The position numbers and the translations under genes were made by a program. The notes under the pieces were generated by a model. It searched no databases. It was not told where the DNA came from and was given only the letters and a program-made list of their open reading frames with translations. Below are positions 58,493 through 64,000 of a DNA stretch of 64,000 nucleotides, in pieces. Numbering within the stretch: the first letter of the stretch is position 1; each line of letters begins with the position of its first letter. This DNA comes from an uncultured Bacilli bacterium (GTDB taxonomy: Bacteria; Bacillota_I; Bacilli_A; RFN20; CAG-826): contig CALVLC010000001.1 of NCBI GenBank assembly GCA_944336335.1, positions 1,508-65,507 of the forward strand, read 5' to 3'.

Positions 58493-60734
58493 TTTGAATT
58501 CCTCCTGTAATGCTGGTTTCAGAACGGTCCGCAGCCTTCGCTTGCCTGGAGCCGTTCTTACACCTAGCTTTTACTTTAGGATTAAACTTCAAAAGCGGGT
58601 TCTCAAGATCCTTAACAATGTAGCTTCCTTGAGATTCCCATTCTTCCTTAGTCGGCATCATCGATTTATATTCTGGTATATCGAAGAATCCTGTATCTGC
58701 CTTTAACTTATTTGAATTTAAGAAATCTTTCATACAAGCTGATTCGAATCTTAATGAATAATCAATATAATAAATTATGTAAAATTTTTGTTTGTCACCT
58801 TCAATTAAATTACCTGTTGCATCCGCTCTACACGATGGAAGTTCAACTTCTTTATAACCAAATCTATTGTAAATATAAGATTCAATATAATAAGCAATTG
58901 AACCTATCCAATTTATAATATGAAAAAGCAAAGTATTATCTTCTCTAACAAAACGGTATTTTGAATAAAACCAATTTCTTAAGTTAATAAACGCATCTAA
59001 TATAGCAGGTTCAATATAAAACAATTTTAATGCACTTTTCTCTTTTTGATTTTTAGGATCAGCAGTGTAAATACTTTGCGCAACACTTACAAGATTAGTA
59101 GAAATAGATCCAGATCGTTGTTCGTCAGCAATAAATTTAAAGAAATTTGTATGCCAAACATTCGCTAAATGCCCGCCCAATTTTAATGAATAGTCTAATA
59201 AATCATTCTTTGGATTAGCAGTTTCATCCATAGCTGAATAGCTCGCATTTGTTAACATATTTCCATTTTCTTTACCAAATTCTGTAGCTACAGCAATCAT
59301 TGGACCGTTTGAATCCTTAAACTTATTTAAAGGATTAACCTTTCTTCCAAGTCTCAACATATCAAACACTAATATCCTTGATTTTTTAGAAAAAGACCGC
59401 AAATCTCTATTATTTCTTCTAAAAGAGTTATAATCCCATAAAACAAGATGTCCATTATCAAGCCTAATATCATCTGTTCTAATTGGATAATTACTAGCTA
59501 TTAGATTACCTTTTTGAAAATATATCCAATAAGATTCAACATATATAATAAGTGCATCTTTTAAAGATAAATTTACGCATCCATCATAATTTACACTTTT
59601 TTGTTCATTAATATTGTATCCATAAAGAACAAATGGTTTAGTTAAAGATATATCATAAATTTTACTAACAAAACGGGCACATTGTTGCATATTCACCAAT
59701 CTTTTTCTTTCAGCTAATCTAATAATATCTTTTTCTAATGCTATAAATGGAAAATCAGGAAACATTAATGATATTCGAGTCATATTTTCAAAAGCATTCT
59801 TGTGGTATATAGTGTTAGAAATGCGAGCTATTGAAGTAGCCAATGTAGTTTTCCCGCCCCTCATTTTACCGAGTATCAATGTGAAAACTCCTGTATCTGA
59901 ATTAACCATTTTTTCATTCCTAACCATTAATTTGCCTTCAATTAGTCTATATGCTCTTCTTATTGTTAAATATCTAATTAAACCAAAAAGTAAAAGCAAC
60001 TTTATAATTGATGGAAGGAAATTCAAACTACCTAATATGGTTAAAATTTCTACAAAAATAAAATCTATTAATCCATATATATTAAAACTTGAAAAGAAAT
60101 ATAAATATTCACCTATAATGTCTAAAACAATGCTAGGTATATTAAAACCAATAATCAAAATAGAGCATAAAATATATAAATATATTGAATCTTTAAACCA
60201 CAAAATATAATTTTTAATTACTTGAAACATCGGAATTAAAACTTTTTTCTTTATTTGAAAATAGGTCTTTAAAGGTTTGCTAGTCTCATTCCATGTTTTC
60301 TCGTTAGAACTTAAATAAATTGCAAAAATAATTATGATTACAACAAACAATAACGTAATAACGAGTGTTGATTTAGATATATTTAACATTGTATTTGAGA
60401 AATTAAGCATTTGCAGTTTTATAAAGTCAATATTTACCAATAGTGCAAATGATATTTTGATTTTTTCCCAAATTTTACCTAAATCAATTTCTAAAAGTTC
60501 TTGTGCAAAATAACCCAACGATAAATACTTATCTGTTAAAAATGAAACTTCAGATGTTTTATTGAATAAAAAGTTAAAATAATAAAGACCTTTTTCACTT
60601 AGAGAATTTAAAGAAATTATCAATCTAGGCACAAACGACCATTCTACGAAATAAATAAATATAAGAATTAAAAATATAATCGTTAAAGATATCAAATTTT
60701 TAATAAATAAATTAGCTATTTTTTTGTTCATCAT
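58479..60734 (-). CDS. polytopic membrane protein fused to a P-loop NTPase (Zot/pI-like or coupling-protein-like)
   Basis: 751 aa. The first ~280 aa contain about 8 hydrophobic helices. Walker A LILGKMRGGKTTLATS follows near residue 290, and a Walker-B-like FKFIADEQRSG lies near residue 555. It sits immediately upstream of rep. Confidence 0.6.
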   Translation of the reverse strand: MMNKKIANLFIKNLISLTIIFLILIFIYFVEWSFVPRLIISLNSLSEKGLYYFNFLFNKTSEVSFLTDKYLSLGYFAQELLEIDLGKIWEKIKISFALLVNIDFIKLQMLNFSNTMLNISKSTLVITLLFVVIIIIFAIYLSSNEKTWNETSKPLKTYFQIKKKVLIPMFQVIKNYILWFKDSIYLYILCSILIIGFNIPSIVLDIIGEYLYFFSSFNIYGLIDFIFVEILTILGSLNFLPSIIKLLLLFGLIRYLTIRRAYRLIEGKLMVRNEKMVNSDTGVFTLILGKMRGGKTTLATSIARISNTIYHKNAFENMTRISLMFPDFPFIALEKDIIRLAERKRLVNMQQCARFVSKIYDISLTKPFVLYGYNINEQKSVNYDGCVNLSLKDALIIYVESYWIYFQKGNLIASNYPIRTDDIRLDNGHLVLWDYNSFRRNNRDLRSFSKKSRILVFDMLRLGRKVNPLNKFKDSNGPMIAVATEFGKENGNMLTNASYSAMDETANPKNDLLDYSLKLGGHLANVWHTNFFKFIADEQRSGSISTNLVSVAQSIYTADPKNQKEKSALKLFYIEPAILDAFINLRNWFYSKYRFVREDNTLLFHIINWIGSIAYYIESYIYNRFGYKEVELPSCRADATGNLIEGDKQKFYIIYYIDYSLRFESACMKDFLNSNKLKADTGFFDIPEYKSMMPTKEEWESQGSYIVKDLENPLLKFNPKVKARCKNGSRQAKAADRSETSITGGIQNRKK

Positions 60735-61086
60735 TTTCTACCTTAAACATATATTCGTTATTAAATTTATTTATTAAATTTCCAGATCCTAATACTATCA
60801 TTTCCCAACAATCATCGTTTTCTATTGAAGAGCAGGAGAATGTTCCTGCTTCGTATGTGTACTTAAAATCTGTACCATAATTTTCAAGAATCATTCTCCC
60901 ATAGGAATTTTCGATAATTAAATAACTTTGTTTACTACTTTTATATTCACCAATTAATTCAATATTTGAAATTGTTGTTCCTCTAACTATTTCAATAAAA
61001 GGAGAAACAATAAATGAACCAATTAATAAAATTAATAATGTTAAAGCCATCTTTATCTTTCTTTTCCTTTTAAATAAATTAAACAT
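60712..61086 (-). CDS. small single-pass membrane protein
   Basis: 124 aa with a basic N-terminus and then the TM ALTLLILLIGSFIVSPFI. It overlaps both neighbours. Confidence 0.55.
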   Translation of the reverse strand: MFNLFKRKRKIKMALTLLILLIGSFIVSPFIEIVRGTTISNIELIGEYKSSKQSYLIIENSYGRMILENYGTDFKYTYEAGTFSCSSIENDDCWEMIVLGSGNLINKFNNEYMFKVENDEQKNS

Positions 61087-62666
61087 TATTTCTTAGTTTT
61101 GCGGGTTTTTTTACTAGAATTGTAATGATTTGGATAATGAATGGAAATGTTAGTATTATTCGATGATTTCTTTTTCTTATTATTTTTTACAATTAAATAA
61201 ATTATTCCTCCTACAAGTACTACAGCAGCAATTGCTCCTATAATGATTATTAAGTTTTTACCGATTGTTGATACATCAGTTCCAAACAAAGACATTGTTG
61301 TATATGTGTTTGGAGATGTTGTTATAGCAAAGTCACTATCAACGGGATTCATTAAAGCATTTAATTCAGCAATACCATCTTGATTTTGAAAAGCAAGTTT
61401 AACTATGGCTATATCAGTTGCTTCATGACATTTTGATTCAACTTTTCTTGTATTGACAATTGCGTCCCATAAATTGCTATTATCAGACGATGTTGCTATA
61501 CGATTTCTATATGATTCTCTAAAATCAATTGCGTATTTATATGATCCTCGATTAGCTTCGATGAAACTTTTAAAATTTTCATCTTTAATTTTATCAATAG
61601 ATTCATCGTCTAAAGCTTGGATAGTGTTATAGGAATAATCAATAGATTTAGTTATGTTCCAAAAGAAGAACAAAGTAACACTTGAAGTATTAGTTTTTAT
61701 TCTTTTAGAAGATGGCTTTACCGTTGATTCTTCTCTTACACTTTCTAAATTATAAAATTTCGCTTCTCTTGAATTATGACCATAAGTTTTAAAGAATTCA
61801 TCAGGATTTTCATACAAACCACCATAAACATTTTCATAAATTGCACCATCAACTCGATAACTAACATCATAGGTTAAGAATTCATAAGATACTGTTGCTT
61901 CAACAAGATTTCCTAAGGAATAATTCGTTCCCAAAGATGTATAGTCATAATCAAAGAACAACCAAAAAACTTCTTTATATTGAATTGCATCAGTTTGTGC
62001 GACTGCTTCAAATTTTGTGGGAATAAATTGAAGAACTGCAGAGTTATTATTCAAAATAATATAGTTATTATGATAATAAGTATAAATTTGATCAACGCCT
62101 TCTCTTTGATCTTCCCACGAATATTCTGAATCATTACATTCTCTAATCATCGTACTAGAATTATTTAATTCGCCGATAATCTTAAATGCTTTTACTCTAT
62201 GTTTTGAACCTACTTCATATTCGTAAAAATCGTCGCAAACAACTTTATAGAATCTCTTGTTAGTACCATTGACGTCATGAATTCTACAATTAAAAGCATC
62301 TTGACCTGTTTGATAATCTTCAATTATTTCAGTATTGTCTTCGTTCAAAGTTGTAGAGGTGCTATATTCAAATTTCACTGATGTAAATTCATATGGCAAA
62401 TCAACATAGAAATACAAATATAAATCGCCCTGATTTGCATACATTGTTAATAATTTAAAATCATCATATTGATCGCCATTTTCTTTATGTGGTACTAAAT
62501 AAGAAAGTGTGTTTTTAGGATATTGATCTTTATAAAAACAATATAAATCTTGTTGTACAGTAGAAGTTTCAATTGAAAATGTTGAATTAGAAGAGTTTGC
62601 GAATTTAATAGATGCAGGAGCTAATCCTATTGAAACAACAGCAACTAAAGAATTGAGTAATTTCAT
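61086..62666 (-). CDS. type I membrane-anchored surface protein
   Basis: 526 aa with the signal peptide MKLLNSLVAVVSIGLAPASI, an ectodomain of about 460 aa rich in Y/N/D, the C-terminal TM LIIIIGAIAAVVLVGGIIYLIV, and the polybasic tail KNNKKKKSS...KKTRKTKK. Confidence 0.65.
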   Translation of the reverse strand: MKLLNSLVAVVSIGLAPASIKFANSSNSTFSIETSTVQQDLYCFYKDQYPKNTLSYLVPHKENGDQYDDFKLLTMYANQGDLYLYFYVDLPYEFTSVKFEYSTSTTLNEDNTEIIEDYQTGQDAFNCRIHDVNGTNKRFYKVVCDDFYEYEVGSKHRVKAFKIIGELNNSSTMIRECNDSEYSWEDQREGVDQIYTYYHNNYIILNNNSAVLQFIPTKFEAVAQTDAIQYKEVFWLFFDYDYTSLGTNYSLGNLVEATVSYEFLTYDVSYRVDGAIYENVYGGLYENPDEFFKTYGHNSREAKFYNLESVREESTVKPSSKRIKTNTSSVTLFFFWNITKSIDYSYNTIQALDDESIDKIKDENFKSFIEANRGSYKYAIDFRESYRNRIATSSDNSNLWDAIVNTRKVESKCHEATDIAIVKLAFQNQDGIAELNALMNPVDSDFAITTSPNTYTTMSLFGTDVSTIGKNLIIIIGAIAAVVLVGGIIYLIVKNNKKKKSSNNTNISIHYPNHYNSSKKTRKTKK

Positions 62667-63166
62667 ATAATTCCCTCATAACAATAAGAATGGCTCACTT
62701 CAGGTTTAGCTCCATCTTCCTTTGCTACATTAATAAGCCGTATTCCAGGTTTATCTATTTGAATTGAAGCACTTTCTATTAAATCTAAAGCCACACTTTT
62801 AACTTGGATTACATTTTCATCATCTAATAACCAATCTCCAATAGTTAAAGAATTTGTATCTACTAGCGGTTCTGAACTGTAATCATAAAAGACTAATTTG
62901 TCTGATTGTCCGTCTAATTCATATAGTTCATCAGAATTAAATACTTTTCTATTTACACCATTTTTTGAAGAAACATCGATTATAAGTTCAACATTTCTAT
63001 TTTCTTGTTGTTTAGGAATACCTATATAAAGTTTTGAGTTATCAATATCTTTATTATTCATCGTTGTAAACATATAAGTTAAACCTAGAGTTCCCAATAT
63101 AATAGAAACTGCTGGCAAAGCTACAATAGCAATTTTCTTTGTTTTATTACTCATATTGTCCTCCAA
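62663..63166 (-). CDS. N-terminally anchored membrane protein
   Basis: 167 aa with the TM IAIVALPAVSIILGTLGLTYMF after a short basic N-terminus. There is an ATGA overlap with the downstream gene. Confidence 0.55.
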   Translation of the reverse strand: MEDNMSNKTKKIAIVALPAVSIILGTLGLTYMFTTMNNKDIDNSKLYIGIPKQQENRNVELIIDVSSKNGVNRKVFNSDELYELDGQSDKLVFYDYSSEPLVDTNSLTIGDWLLDDENVIQVKSVALDLIESASIQIDKPGIRLINVAKEDGAKPEVSHSYCYEGII

Positions 63167-63204
63167 AGGGCAAGATTTAAATCCTGCCCAAATTATTAAG
63201 CTGT

Positions 63205-64000
63205 TTATACATATTTACTCAATGTAAACACATAATAATGACCATCAATATCGAGAGCTATGTCACCATCTTGATAGTTATCTAGCATTCCGATATTAAT
63301 ATTAAATTCCCAATAGTTATATATGGATTCCAAGTTGCAGGATACATTAGTAATTGTAAAATTCTCAGCGGTTGTTCCTTTTTTTGACACGAAACTATTT
63401 GGATTTGAAACATTAGCTATTTCACCATACCAAGTTGGCAAAGCATCAGCCACATAAGTATGAATGTGCATCTCAATTCTTAAAGTCAAATCATCAGACA
63501 TTGTTGCATTTACAGCGTTCGATCTTTCGCTCGCTGTTTCTGGATCACCCGCTAATTCTGCAAGACCAGTCGATGTTTGAAACGCATCTGAATGAAAATA
63601 TTTACCATTTTGATCATAAGTATATTCTGAAGTAGCAGATGTGCTTCCATCATACATATCGTATTCTTTAATAAACGAAGAGCCAGTTGGTGTTGATACT
63701 GGTCCCAAGGAATAAATAGTCGCCTTTTTAACATGATTAAATGTTGTAATCAAAATTTCTTTTTTGATTTCAGGATCATCGGCGCTATAAACTCTTAGTA
63801 CTTTAGTAGTGTTAAAAGTTCCAACGCAAGAAACATTAACTGCTTCGCCAGGTTTACTTATTGCTTTATTAACTCTAACTTTACTTTCGTCGTTGCTTTC
63901 CCATACTAATAGTGCATCTTTTGGAAAATCACCAGTAAAATTTGCAGTTACAGCTACAGAAGGCAATACACTAGATTTAATATGAAATACAATTTTATCC
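63205..64000 (-). CDS. surface protein with Ig-like (Big_2-like) segment, 5' end outside window
   Basis: The frame stays open from 63966 to the window edge (..DKIVFHIKSSVLPSVAVTANF..). The segment VTANFTGD..LLVWESNDESKVRVNKAISKPGEAVNVSCVG resembles bacterial Ig-like group 2 repeats. Confidence 0.55.
   Translation of the reverse strand, partial: DKIVFHIKSSVLPSVAVTANFTGDFPKDALLVWESNDESKVRVNKAISKPGEAVNVSCVGTFNTTKVLRVYSADDPEIKKEILITTFNHVKKATIYSLGPVSTPTGSSFIKEYDMYDGSTSATSEYTYDQNGKYFHSDAFQTSTGLAELAGDPETASERSNAVNATMSDDLTLRIEMHIHTYVADALPTWYGEIANVSNPNSFVSKKGTTAENFTITNVSCNLESIYNYWEFNINIGMLDNYQDGDIALDIDGHYYVFTLSKYV

Larger units (their letters stand above)
56814..64000 (-). mobile_element. integrated mobile element (ICE/IME- or prophage-like), truncated by window end
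   Basis: It sits adjacent to a tRNA gene. All genes are on one strand with overlapping stops and starts. It encodes a Rep_trans initiator/relaxase, a membrane P-loop NTPase and several membrane/surface proteins, and it has a GC-rich inverted-repeat region. No integrase lies inside the window. Confidence 0.65.

Noticed and set aside
58479-58573. Programmed +1 frameshift fusing the 751-aa ATPase to Rep (prfB-like, at AAA-TGA-C)
   Set aside because: The rep frame is +1 relative to the ATPase frame. However, the AGGAGG lies 21 nt from the stop, which is too far for prfB-type stimulation. A Lys-tRNA slip from AAA to AAU would also be non-cognate. Independent initiation at ATA or ATT is the simpler explanation.

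Overview
This is a visibly AT-rich chromosomal segment that uses the standard genetic code. TGA acts as a stop, and every housekeeping ORF is full length under code 11. Gene content and order point to a low-GC Bacillota/Mollicutes-like bacterium (Erysipelotrichia/Acholeplasma/RF39-type). The signals are nrnA-dnaE-polA-mutM-coaE, a divergent dnaB-like/dnaI pair, pfkA-pyk, a T-box-controlled thrS, pncB-nadD-nadE and glgB-glgP. That lineage call is inference only.

Roughly 80% of the window is ordinary housekeeping. Three areas deserve attention.

(1) An accessory island at about 6.2-13.7 kb lies between trkH and tRNA-Gly(CCC). It holds a tightly coupled four-gene operon (DUF3990-like protein with PARP-like HGS/GxGFY motifs plus two DUF3791-like proteins). 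It also holds a multiply frameshifted AAA-ATPase/DUF4143 pseudogene, a tRNA-like relic, and a type IIS-looking restriction-modification operon with two paralogous methyltransferases and an AlwI/MlyI/N.BstNBI-like endonuclease.

(2) From 56.7 kb to the window end, directly after tRNA-Ala(GGC), there is an integrated mobile element that is cut by the window edge. It encodes a Rep_trans (pT181 RepC / MOBT relaxase-type) initiator whose conserved N-terminus has no canonical start codon. Two GC-rich inverted repeats at the ATPase/rep junction are candidate oriT/dso. The element also encodes an unusual 751-aa polytopic-membrane P-loop NTPase and a chain of overlapping membrane/surface-protein genes. 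No integrase is visible.

(3) A ~127-bp module (~90% identical, ending in a terminator, with an open reading frame) starts exactly at the CCA end of two unrelated tRNA genes 40 kb apart.

Smaller oddities are a fused mutM-coaE ORF, a DnaI-like loader with Walker-A Lys to Arg, a short KAP-type NTPase beside the element, and a 23-bp perfect palindrome between glgB and ackA.

All family names come from motif recognition by eye. No database search was possible.
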